NCBI GenBank assembly: GCA_018398765.1
Contig: JAHBMJ010000455.1
Span: 62,001-126,000, forward strand
DNA: 64,000 nt
Source of the DNA: Chromera velia
Lineage: Eukaryota
Reading direction: 5' to 3'
Translations under genes and position numbers: made by a program
Part shown: positions 36,672 through 48,198 of the stretch, piece by piece
Layout: each line of letters begins with the position of its first letter
Numbering within the stretch: the first letter of the stretch is position 1
The notes under the pieces: model-generated
What the model was told of the DNA's origin: nothing
The model's database searches: none
Seen by the model: the letters and a program-made list of their open reading frames with translations, nothing else

Positions 36672-37745
36672 CTAGGCGCCGCACATACAAAAAAAAAAAA
36701 AGAAAAAAAAAGTTGGGATTCATAGTGACCAGATTTGATTTCAATGATAGGATTTGGTTTGATTTGATTTGAGCTTCAAGCTCAAATCTGACCAGATTTG
36801 AGGTAGATTTGAGGTTGAAGTATAGAGGTCACTCTCGATAGTACTGAAGCCGACATAACATAGTCGACACCACTATAGCAAATCTCAAAAAGCCCTAAAG
36901 ATAAGAAAATCACTAAAAATTAGACCAAAAGCTAAATTAAGACTCTCAAAATTATAATGAGCTATTGTTAAAGCTAAGAGCTTACATAAGTTAAGAGCTT
37001 ACAATTATATTACTCCCTCTTTCTGTAAGCCACACTTTCTTCGCATAGCCGGCAGTATATACTAATGCGGCCTTCTTATTGTTATGACCTGTGAGATTGT
37101 TTGATATCATTGATTGGTTTGATAAAGGGGGACCCAACAAGAGCCCAAGACAAAGAAAGAAGCATAAAAACTGCCACAGGACAATAAAGAACCACTTCAA
37201 AGTTCAAACCCTCAATCAAAACTTGAATGTCTGGAGAATAGATTGGATGGATGACGTCTTTTTCACTGAACAGACATTTGAAAAAGCTTTTGGGTGTTCA
37301 TATTCATTTGAAACCGATAAAAAAATCTTTTTGTGATCATTTTTTTTTTTTGACGCACAAAAAAGTGTGAAGAGTCATTTGATTCTATGCCAAAAGAGAC
37401 TGGATGACGGATTTAAGGTTAAAAGGTCAGATTTGAAGTAGATTTAATATGATTTGATAGGCCGTATCATACTAAAGTTTCTCAGGCCTAAGATTTGATT
37501 TGAGGTTAGTAAGCCCTACTTCAAATCAAATCAAATCAAATCAAATCTGGTCACTAAGTTGGGAAGGCCTAATTTTTTTTTTCTTTTTTTTTATTTTTTT
37601 ATTTCAAGTGCCTCCAAAAGGAAAAGAATCACTTTCGACTCTAAAACTTACTTTTCCACACAAAATTTACTTTTCCTTTATATATAAAAAAAAAAAGTTG
37701 AGGACGCCTAATTTTTTTTTCTTTTTTTGTATGTGCGGCGCCTAG
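36672..37745. mobile_element. CTAGGCG-type MITE (about 1.07 kb); its left half is duplicated at 30430-30866
   Basis: TIR CTAGGCGCCGCACATACAAAAAA...TTTTTTGTATGTGCGGCGCCTAG. TSD TATTATTT / CATTATTT. Internal inverted (GATTT)n / (AAATC)n arrays. Confidence 0.85.
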
Positions 37746-38457
37746 CATTATTTCAACTTGTCTGCAAAAGAAGCAAGAATTTAAGCCTAATTTTTAGGTT
37801 ACTTTAAGCCTGAGTATTTTTAGGTTACGACGTATCTTCACTGGCATGCAAACTCGATCGCGTTTTCACAACTTTCTAGCTCATGGATGAGCTTCTTACC
37901 GTGTTTGTTTTCAAGCGGCAGGGAGGAGGAAGGGAAAGGGGGACAGCTGCGAGGGAAGCTTTGAAATTCCCCTTTTCCCCTTCTTCGGTTTTCCGCTCCT
38001 CCTCCGTCTTGTCTCTTCTGTTTTCCCTTCCCTTCCCCCAGCCCTTTCTCGTTTTTTTTTCTCTTAGTTCTGTTTGTTTTTTCTTTTGTTTTCTTTCTGC
38101 GTCGGTAGTTTTTGATCCTTCGGTGGATCCTTCGTGTCTCTGAATTTCTTTCTTCTTGCATGCCTGTCTTCCTTCCCTCAGGCCATTCGATCCTTCGCCT
38201 ATTCCGTCAATTCGTCCCTCGATCGAGTTCTTTCTTGGACCTGCAGGGGCGCCACTCCTTGCTGCCGAGCTGGGGTTTTTCCTTCACCGACACATTCCAC
38301 GCAGCAGCTGTTAAATATTCATTCATCCACATGGGTTGCGAGTGCGTAGATGGACTGAACATCAAAGCCCCCAGCTAAACGAAAGAGGAGTGAGTAGTCA
38401 GCAAGCAAGGGGGGCGGACGGAAAATAGAGACAAAGAAAGCATTTAAGGCAGAAAGG

Positions 38458-39174
38458 TCACAAAAACATTCCTGCATCAAGAGACTGCCCTCCTGAGCCA
38501 CACTCTCTGTAGACGTCTCCGCCTTCCTTCCCATCTTCTCCTTTCTCCCGTCTCCGGCTCTCCTCTTCATCCTCAAAATCCATATCGCCGAACTGAGGCT
38601 TTGCCTTTCCGTCTTCCCCCCCTTTCTCTCTTGTCCGCATCTCCTCTTCGTCATCCTCAAAATCCATATCGCCGAACTGAGGCTTTGGCTTTCCGTCTTC
38701 CCCCCCTTTCTCTCTTGTCCGCATCTCCTCTTCGTCATCCTCAAAATCCATATCTCCAAACTGCGCCAGGGGGTGCGAGGGAACAGCAGCAGCAGGGGGC
38801 GCCGCAGGGGCAACGACCTCCGCCTCCAGCTGTTGCTCTACTCCCCCCTCTCTGTCCACCCCCGTTGAGGCAGACGGGGTGGCTGCAGTGGCCAGACGTG
38901 CTGCCTCAAGGAGGTTCTCCCTGTCAGCCACCCTCTCAGGAAGGGGACCGCACTGACGAGACTCCAACTCCTTGATCTTCTCCTGAATCCTCTCCAGCCT
39001 TTTCTTCTTCACAGACACCGCGTGCCAATTCTCCACAGCAGCCTCCTTGATCTCTTGGTCCTCTCCTTCCTGTACACACACAGACAGACAAGATACAGAG
39101 GCAAGCAGGGAACGGAAAAGAACAGTGAATGCAAAGAAGAAAGACCATTGAGACGCAGTCGCACGCACACACAC

Positions 39175-39227
<53 letters not shown>

Positions 39228-40304
39228 AAGAAAGAGAGAAACAGAGGCAAACCGACTGAGAGGGACAACACGAGAGGACGTAATGTTGCCAGGCAGGCCT
39301 GGAGGACAGCTTATGCAGTTGCAACCTCTTCTCCTGTGACTCTTGCCTTCTTTTCTCCTGCTTTTTCTGCATGGATCTCTCCACTCTTGTTTTCAGAAAG
39401 AGGCGGCAGGGGCAGACAGAGACACGCAGGCACCCACCGGTGGACAAGATGGCAAACAAAGAAACAGACAGAGGCCGTCGAAGCATGAGCTCACGCAAAA
39501 GACGAGAGAGAAAGAGAAGGGGAGCGGCTGGGGCACATGGGAAAGGCCAAGAAAAGCAGGTGCGCCTATAGGGGGGCAGGCAAACTGCGCCGAAGACGTT
39601 CCCTGACAGACAAAGAGTTTGGTTCCCTGACAAAGAGTTTGGTTCCCTGACAGACAAAGAGGACGATGTCATCAAGACGGAGAGGCCTGACAGGTTGACA
39701 GAGCGGTCAGAAGGGCGATGGGCACACAGGGTTCATTCAACGAAGAGAGACCGGAGTCGTGACGAGCCTGGCCGAGCTAAACCAAAGCAAAACAATGGAA
39801 GAACGCAGAGAAAGGCTGTGACTTACAGGGTCGAACTGCAACAGTTCCTCAATGGATCTCTCTGCAGAAATGTAGACAGAGAGGAACACACATGCATACA
39901 ACAGCAGGTGCTGCCTCCATCTTAGCAGTCTTGCAATCCAGGAAGCTCAGTCTGATAGGACCGACGATGCAGGACAAGAATTGGGTCTGCATTTCCTCCA
40001 ACAGCAATCTCGTTTTCGTGTCTTTCTTCATCGATTACCTGCCGTTGAGACCTCATGATGTTCTGAGCGCACAAAGAAAGGAGCTGTGACTGGAACTGTC
40101 AGGATTCTGTCCATTCTTTTGATGAATGTCCACTTCATTCATTGTTTTCCACAGCCTGACCGACCGACCCAGATGTTGAAGAGAGTTGAGGACCTCCTTC
40201 TCCAGGTCCCGCAGCAGGGGGACGCTCTCTGGGAGGTCGTCCTTGGGCTGCAAGGGCACCAGTTGTCCTCGCACGTTTTTCTTTGGGATGTACACTTCGA
40301 CCAT
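38458..40304 (-). CDS. Hypothetical coiled-coil protein with acidic tandem repeats. Exons 40304-40169, 39861-39827, 39069-38458
   Basis: Spliced frame MVEVYIPKK...EKEVLNSLQHL|ERSIEELLQFDP|EGEDQEIKEAAVENWHAVSVKKKRLERIQEKIKELE...GMFL*. Intron phases are consistent. 78-bp repeats encode QFGDMDFEDDEEEMRTREKGGEDGK. Confidence 0.7.
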
Positions 40305-40903
40305 TGCGTCAAGATTTGACGATAGAACAGAAAGTGGAGACGGAAGCAGTCTCAACAGAAATGGAGAGTGTTTGAGGACTACACGGACACCTACTGCAGA
40401 AATCTGTGCTGCACAAGATGAATGCCTGACTGAACTTCTGACACAATGCACCACGCTCACTCATGCGCTGCTCAAGCCATGACAAGGGATGTTCAAAGGA
40501 CCTCAGACACGAATCGAAGACACTATTGGCATGGAATCCAGGTGGATCGAGCCTGGAATTTAAGCTCGCACCGACGCGGTACGTCGCGATCTTTTTTGAG
40601 GTCGCGAGGGCGCCAGGAGTCCGCCTGCATGAATTGTATGCATATTGTATGCATGCATATGCGCATGCATGCATGAACTAAAAAATGCTGCAGCTGTAAT
40701 AGCTAGCTGCTGTATATAGAATGAATGATCGAAGTTCGATTTGAGCCCGTGCAAGCTTGAAACTCCTCCAGCCTTTCTCTTGCATCGCGCTGGCTTGAAA
40801 TCTCAAGCCAGAAAGCTGTACCGCTCCATCATTTGCGGTTCGTCCGCTTGTTTCACTTCATTTCTTTTTCGAAATCTGCCCAAGCTCTGCAGAAGGTTAA
40901 ACA

Positions 40904-41680
40904 ATGTTTGAAGCGAACGCAACTAACATTACCATCTGCGTCATCCTTGTACTGACCATCGGTGTGGTCACTTACGCACGATTTAAGAATTGGAGTTTCA
41001 CCCGAAAACCCCGTGAGGGAGGCTCTCACGCACCTGCAGAAGGTGCAGCTACAGGTTCAACCGACCGCCCCCCCCGCACTGTTGTCTACGAGACAGTTGA
41101 CAGCCATACACTGTCCAAGGACGGCCCCCCTCCTGTAGAGGAGGATCTGGAGGCAGGAAAGGAGAGTGGGTACGTGTACCGACAGGGGATGAGTGCCTCG
41201 TTTGCCGAGACTGCAGTGCCAGAGAGGGCAAACAGCTTCACGGATCTCCACCGAACATGCGCCATGGTTTGTGTGGAGCACAAGAGCCAATCTATTCACA
41301 TGCATGGGAGGGAGAGAGGTGCCATGCACAAGCCTGTGCACGACGACAGCAGCAGTCGAGGTCCCGACTCCCCCGGATCCTCGATCGATCTAGGGTTCCA
41401 ATCTCTCGACGGTCTGGAGAAGAAAAAGAACCAGAGACACATGTACGAGGTGAAGACATTCGGCAAGACGTACAAACACGACGAGGTAGGGGAGCTGCAG
41501 AAGAGCCACATGGAGGAGGGGGGAGGAGGGGCAGACACACCGATTCCCTGGGATTCGTATGACGAGCTTGCAGAGCCGATCGAGGAAGTGGATGTGTTTC
41601 CGTTCGTTGAAGTGTACCATCCTCCTGAGGTGGAGAAGGAAAGGGGGGTGTCGGGAGACAGCAGAGGGGACGGCATCTGA
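40904..41680 (+). CDS. Hypothetical single-pass membrane protein (258 aa, intronless)
   Basis: ATG in an AAACAATG context. N-terminal TM segment ITICVILVLTIGVVTYA followed by basic residues. Coding-like composition. Confidence 0.65.
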   Translation: MFEANATNITICVILVLTIGVVTYARFKNWSFTRKPREGGSHAPAEGAATGSTDRPPRTVVYETVDSHTLSKDGPPPVEEDLEAGKESGYVYRQGMSASFAETAVPERANSFTDLHRTCAMVCVEHKSQSIHMHGRERGAMHKPVHDDSSSRGPDSPGSSIDLGFQSLDGLEKKKNQRHMYEVKTFGKTYKHDEVGELQKSHMEEGGGGADTPIPWDSYDELAEPIEEVDVFPFVEVYHPPEVEKERGVSGDSRGDGI

Positions 41681-43599
41681 AACTAGATCGGATGCCCTGG
41701 AAGGTTTCATAATCAAAGGAAGCTTCTCTTTCTGGTTCATTTGGCACGCAGTTGGTAGAATTGCAAGTAATGACGGCCTCTCCGGCTGTCAGTGATAGGC
41801 GAAAATTCAAATTCAAATGCATGCGGTCAGATGAAGGTCGGAAAAGCTGGTGACACGCTGACAAAGCGGATGATGGCAGCGTGGGGAGAGAAGAGAGCTG
41901 CATAGAGAGACTGCCTCGATCGATCCAAGTCCCGCTCGCCTTTTGTACCTTGAGAGAGATCTTGATCGAGTCGACCACCTAGCTGGCTCCAAGAGTGGGA
42001 GATGAGCTTCATTCGGTAAAGCCAAATCAAAAGACAGTCTCACCAGTAGAGCCGAAAATCGGAAACAATGAGGGCAAGGAAGGGTCATGGAGAAAGTGGT
42101 CATGGAGAAAGTGATCTGCAGCGAATGGTAGTCATCAAATCTTCGCCTTGTGAAAATTGTTTCTTTTTCCCATAGCTGCAAAAATGCCCTAAAGAATTAC
42201 TAAAAGGTTGGATGCTAGGTTGGATGTTACTGTGCTAACATAATTTAGATCTAGATTTAGATCTTTAAAAAAATCTTAGATATCAAACTTGATTCCAACT
42301 TTGATCTGCATGGAAGCTATATTGAGTAGTTCTCAATTTATTAATGCAGTATAGATTCTGACTGTTTTTTTTAATTTCTGAGTACTATAGAATACAGCCA
42401 ATTAATACTTCAAATTCAAGTTTATAGGTAGTATAGGCTATGCCAGGCTTTTGCCTAACCTTTTTTCGTTTTTGAGTGGAAACCTGAGTAACCTCCTTAC
42501 TAGCCTCCTAATTATCCTCAATGGTAGTACTGATAGTACTGTAATGTGCTACGATGTCTCAGGCCCTAGGTCAGGCCCGTAAGTGGGCCGTAACTAGAGG
42601 CCATATATGCATAAAGAGCTACAAAACGCAACTTGAAATTAAAAAAGCTAGCGAAGTCGAAGACTTTATTATTACTACAATGAATCACAGCTCGATCTAC
42701 GCGTGGTTTCGATATATATTTTTATATTATATCATGGGCTGAGTGATATAAATATATAATATAAGCAGATCATTATCTATAGATCATAATAGATGCCTAG
42801 CTTTCTCATCAGTCTTCTTTGTTCTAAATTTGTTGAATGATTGACTCTTCTATTCAATACAGATATAGCTGTATGCAGCGTAGCAGTCACTGCAGATTTG
42901 AAGCACACGTCCGGTCACCGGTAGGGAGAAAACCAGTCTCAGCTAAGCAATTAGTAAGCATAGGTTCACGCCAAGCCCCAGGGTTCATGTTTTGATTCTG
43001 TAGTATGAAAGGGTATATGAAGTCAAATTATATTATATATTTATATTATATCTCCAGACTTGAGAAAATATAATGCCAACTTCATTTATTCATTCATTCA
43101 TTCATATATTGAAACCACGCCTAGAGCTCGATCTTACTAGCTTCTTAGATTGTATGAGCCTAGATATGAGCTTAATAGTCTTCGATTTATAGTCTCAGGC
43201 TTGAATAATCGGAATCCAAAAAATTAAAAGCTATTATATAGAAATTTGAAATTTATCATACTAAAAAACAGCCTAAAAAACGGCTAGGATCAAAAACTGC
43301 ATCTTGACAAGGCTCTTTAAACTACCAATTAAATCATTATCACTAACATAAATTTAAATTATAGTTTACAGTAAAAAATCGAGCCTTAAAATTTAATATT
43401 ATAGATATGACTCATATGTATGAGTACTAAGGGGGGGCATTGACTTCAAGTTTATTCCTAGCATCTGGCCTATATGTCTTTCGTCTCTTCCTTCTGTCCT
43501 GGTTACTGCTCTTGCTGCTAGCTCTCTCTCTCATGCGACCTCATACTTGACGCTCCTCCATCCGAATGCCTTCTTCAGCATTTGCTAAGTACTTCCTAT

Positions 43600-44960
43600 C
43601 CCTCAGTCATGACCAGCGCACTGCCTACTCCTCCTTCCTCCCAGCCCTCCCCCTACACTCCTCTGGTCCCCCGAATACACGCGTTTGTCGCTTTTAGTTG
43701 GGCAATTTGTAGTCGGGCTCGGATCCGGCCACACGTCTTGCTCACATGTTGCCCCCATTTCTCACTCAATCACTCTGCCACCCTCTTCAAGAATATCTTT
43801 GCCTCCCCTTCCATCGTCTTGTCGACCGCACTCACGAGTGGGGTGAAGTCGCACCCTCTGTCCACGCTTGCCTGCCCATGTTTCCTCTTCTTTTCTTCTG
43901 CTGCTGCTTTGAGGGCTTGAATCCAGTTCCCCTTCTCTCTCGAGGCGGCGTGTAGGTTTATCACCCTGGTATTGAAAATTGCTAGCCTCTGTAGAGCATA
44001 GGCCTCCCAGACTTGGAAGTCCCTCCTTAGTGCCGGATATCCCTGCACCTCCCTTTCCTCCCTAATGATCGGCTCCTTTGCGTGGACTGCTCCCGTGGGG
44101 TATGCTTCCGCTGCTAGACTCACCCATGTACGGTTGACTTCGTCATGTCGCAGCGTGGGCAGTCCCCCTACTGGGCAGTTAAGAGCATGTTGCAGACTCC
44201 ACCTTCCCCTGCATTCTTCACATCTGCTCTTCTCCTCTGATATCGGATTGTCATCGCATCTTGGAATTTGTCTGGGCTGAGATTCATTCCGTGTTCTTTC
44301 AGGGGGATGGCCGTCAGCCATCCTGACTGCCTCTTTTCTTTTGACTGCCTGACTTCTTCACACTGGTCCTCACTGGCTGTCTGCCCTGACTGGCTGCCTA
44401 ACCTCTCCCACTCCTTCTCTACTGCTTCTTTTACTGCTTCTTTGTGGGTTGCCCTTGCCTTCTGCCCCCTCTTCACATGCTCGTCTGCGTCTATGTCCTC
44501 TCCTCGAAGGATGGCCTCTGTGATCGCTTCACTGGCTGCAGCTGAGGTCTTGTAGTCCCTATCCGCTGTTTCGGTAGGTTTGGGGATGCCTAGGCCTAGC
44601 AGTTGGACCGAGAGGGCGGCAGCGTCTCTCAGCTATACGTCGTATTGGATGGGGGGCCCTCCATTCCGTTGTCCTTTCATCAGGGCGGGGATGAGGCGGT
44701 CTCTGATCGTGCTTTCTAGCTGCCCCATCTGTCCCCCTACCCCTGGCACCACCCGCACCATAAACTTCCATTCATGCTGCACAGATTTGGAACAGGCTGC
44801 GTATGCTTCATGTGGGGCAAATTTTGCTGCTGTTGCGACTCTTTCCACGTTTCCGGCCCACTCTTTCACCTTCTCCTGCACTCATTTCTTTCTGTGTGCA
44901 TCCGTGCCTACGTGCCCCCCTAGGAGACGCATCCCCTCTACTATCTACAGGTCGGGGAAC
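43600..44960 (-). mobile_element. Decayed RLE-type non-LTR retrotransposon (CRE-like) 3' fragment
   Basis: RT thumb-like GMRLLGGHVG and LGLGIP. CCHC-RLE region SGWLTAIP...[18 protein letters not shown]...EPII...AEEKKRKH...FTPLV. Frameshifts and stops present. Confidence 0.85.
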
Positions 44961-45941
44961 TCTGTAAAAGTATATGAGTACTACGCCTATACTAAGTAGA
45001 TATAAACCTATAAACCTATATAAACCTTTTGCCCCTCTGCCAGATAGCCTCAGATCGGAACGAGAAAGCCATTCAGATAAAGGAAAAATGATGCCGCGTA
45101 TGCTTTTTCTTCAATTGTAAACTATTTACGGCACAGGCTAGACCTGTGCGGGCCGGCCAGGGAGGTCTGATGCATCTAGACGCTTTCCTTGGGAGCTGCA
45201 CGTCGGACATTCGGCATTGGAGCGGGAGGCCAATCCTCCGGATATAAATCCTAATCCTAATCCTAACTAGCAGATCATATAGACATAAAAACTACTATAT
45301 ACTAGACCTACTAAAGCCGATAGGCCCGATACAAGCTGGCTGGTAAATGCTGGTACGTAACTACCGTAAAGGCGGTCGGCACTAGTGTCGGCAGCCTGTC
45401 ACAGTGTCAGTGTACACTGTGTCACAACTTTTGTTTTGAGATGAATTGACTTTGCCTGTTGATTGAAATCAAATTTTAATGAAAATACTATTTGACTTGG
45501 AATCTACTAGCAAGGACTCCTGGGAATTGGACCCCAAGTGCCCAAGCTATAAGCCCCAACCACTGGCAGCTTTATGCGGCCACGCTGTACAACATAATAG
45601 GGGCATCACAATCGGCTTGCGATACACAGACACATACAAAGAGACTCGAAGAGGCTTCGAATTGCGCCCCACGTTCCCAGTCACTGAAAGGAGCAAAGGG
45701 ACCTCAGTCAAGGGGAGGGGGGGAGTCGTTGCAGGGACGTGCCGGTACTTTGAAACAGACAGGGGTAAAAAGGGATTGACACAAGGATTCTATACTGTGC
45801 ATGCACGCATCACTGAGAGACGAATGTACAAATCAAGGAGGGACCCATACAGACACGCCAGAAATGCAGACAACGGACGACAGAAGGAAGAACAACTCAA
45901 ACGAATGTCTCTCCTGCAATAGGAATCCCTCACTCACTCAA

Positions 45942-47450
45942 TCATTCGGACAACGACACCCTCTTGCTCCCCCCTCCGTTGGCAGATCCCCCCCGGCGAC
46001 GTCGCAACCATCTGAACCAGACACACCCCCTTTCCTGCCGTTCCCCTTCCCCTTCTCCTCCCTCCTCCTCTTTCTCCCTCCCTCTTTGTTCACATAGGTT
46101 CTCTCTCTTGTTTCCCCCCCACCCCCCCTCCCGGCTCCGACAGACGGCCGAGAAGGTCTGGATCAAATCAGGACCAGTCCCGCAACACCCGCCAAGAAAC
46201 CGAAGCCCACACTCCTCAATCCATCTCTCCGCATGACGTGCAGCCTCATCCAAGTCAACCTCCCCAAATTCCCAGTTCGGCATGCGGAAGCTGCCGTGGT
46301 CGGGGTACGCCCCGAGCGGACCGTCCCACACTTGACGCACGACTCTCAGAGTCGGCAGCATCGCAGAGAAGTTCGTGTGCATGATGCTCACTCCCACCAG
46401 ATTTCGTCCCACACACTCCATCAGAAACCTCAAAACCTCAGCAGTGAACTCAATCTCGCTACCCCACAGAACCAAACTTCCGTCTCTCCGAATCTGAGTT
46501 GAAATCCCCAGGAACACAGGCAACCCACACGACCCTGCCGCCTTTAGTGCCCGAGCAGCATGTTGCCTGTCCTTCATCATCTCTGTGAACAGAAACCTCA
46601 CAGCAGGCTCACGAGCAAGAAGGTCTGCAGCTTCCTGGAAACCCTCGGCCTCCACTGAGGGAGACGGCCAGGCAGCACGGAGCATCTCCCTAGGGTCTCT
46701 CTCCCCCTCATTTCCGGTCTCCAAAGCACTGGGAGGGTGCGTTGACAAAGACCCGGCAATTAAGGGCCACTCCGTGTCTCTCAACTCTCCTGGAGGGGGC
46801 CCTAGAGAAGAGGACGAAGAGGCTGCATTCCGCGCAGAGACAGCACACCGCACAGCCTCCTCTATGGCATGTCCCACTTTGTCTCCAAGTCCGGAGGGAG
46901 CCATCACGTTCCTGTTTGAGGCATATGTGTTTGCAATCACGATCTCTGCCCCGGCTCTAATATAGTCTCCATGGACAGCCGTCACAAGCTCAGGTTCGTA
47001 TAGCTGGGTTGCACAGGACCATCCTTTCTGATCCATCTTTGCCCCTCTTCGCTCTAGCTCTGTGCCCACACCGCCATCAATCACAAAGCACCTCCCCTCC
47101 CTCACTAGAGACTCAACTCTTTTCCACGTCTCCCAAGCTCCCTGGACTTTCTGTCTGTGCAGCTGCTGCTTATGTTCTTGCGAGACACCCCCCTCCTCCT
47201 CCCCAACTGGTGCGGGACACATGTCCCCCCTGGCACGCAGCAGCATGGCTGTTCGATCGGTACCTCGTGTTGATCGAAGTAAGAGACGGTGCAACTGTCC
47301 CCGTCTCCTCGACTTATCTGACCCAAAGAAACCCAAGGAGATTCGAGTCCCCCGACTAACGTTCTCAAACACTAGCTGGGACCCAGCAATCCTTGCAAGG
47401 ACATCATGATGATCATCAGCACGTGCTGGTTGAACACAGCGACTTTTCAT
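45942..47450 (-). CDS. Homocysteine S-methyltransferase family protein, intronless, with an N-terminal extension
   Basis: Motifs IDGGVGTELERRG, VHGDYIRAGAEIVIANTY, IAGSL, GPLGAYP and FLGGCCGTGPDLI. The true start codon and the C-terminal tail are uncertain. Confidence 0.88.
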   Translation of the reverse strand: MKSRCVQPARADDHHDVLARIAGSQLVFENVSRGTRISLGFFGSDKSRRRGQLHRLLLRSTRGTDRTAMLLRARGDMCPAPVGEEEGGVSQEHKQQLHRQKVQGAWETWKRVESLVREGRCFVIDGGVGTELERRGAKMDQKGWSCATQLYEPELVTAVHGDYIRAGAEIVIANTYASNRNVMAPSGLGDKVGHAIEEAVRCAVSARNAASSSSSLGPPPGELRDTEWPLIAGSLSTHPPSALETGNEGERDPREMLRAAWPSPSVEAEGFQEAADLLAREPAVRFLFTEMMKDRQHAARALKAAGSCGLPVFLGISTQIRRDGSLVLWGSEIEFTAEVLRFLMECVGRNLVGVSIMHTNFSAMLPTLRVVRQVWDGPLGAYPDHGSFRMPNWEFGEVDLDEAARHAERWIEECGLRFLGGCCGTGPDLIQTFSAVCRSREGGWGGNKRENLCEQRGREKEEEGGEGEGERQERGCVWFRWLRRRRGGSANGGGSKRVSLSE

Positions 47451-48198
47451 CGTGTCAGAATTTCATCGCGGTGATCTGACACGGCGTCCCAAAGCTTTCA
47501 GTTTTTTCCGGATGACGGTTCCCGCGGGCAACATGCCCGACCTTCTGTATATTGCAGCCCTTTTGCGTTTTTTTCTATGTATAGCGCGGCGTTTTTTTTT
47601 AATAATTTAATTTTCACAATATATGGCTGAAAAATGTATCGATACATACGCACCACATGAGTGTGCATACGATCGAGTGAACCAGCCTGAATTGAACCGG
47701 CCCTTTACTATGGCTGCTTGACTGCAAGAAGCACTGGCCTTCCATCTTACGACGATATCCACACAGCAAATGTGCACAGCTCCACCTGACATGCAAAGCT
47801 CCTTCGAACGCCCTTTCACATGCGGCTGAACGCATCACTTGCATGCACAAAGCACCAATTGAAGCTGACAGACTGGGTTGTTGGAGAATCGAGTGAGCCA
47901 TGTGGGTCCGGTAGGTCGAACCCAACAAAGGGTAATCAGGCGCTAGGCTCCAGTTCTTCCTCGGAAGATCAGTCGGTTTGTCTGAGCAGACAGACTCCTC
48001 TGTCGGTCTTTCCAACCCTGTCTTCCACGTGACCAAAGCGTCACCTATTCCTTTCTGACCATCCGAAGCGGAGTCACTCTCCTAGAAAGAGGAAGAGTCG
48101 AGAAGAAGCTGCAGCCAAGAAGAGAAAGAGTCAAGCCATTCGGGTGACACTGAGAAAGACGAAGCCAACGAAGTAGATCGGCATATAGGGTAGAGAGG

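Noticed and set aside
30375..37102. Direct repeats plus RT read as an LTR retrotransposon
   Set aside because: The RT is non-LTR type (QGDPLS, YADD), there are no TG...CA ends, PBS, PPT or integrase, and the repeat consists of host flank plus half a MITE.
42556..43200. Degenerate inverted arms with a 9-bp direct repeat GTCTCAGGC (possible MULE)
   Set aside because: The inverted similarity does not extend to the putative TSD, so the boundaries cannot be supported.
45248..45267. (ATCCTA)3 telomere-like repeat
   Set aside because: Only three units in a microsatellite-rich genome, so not significant.
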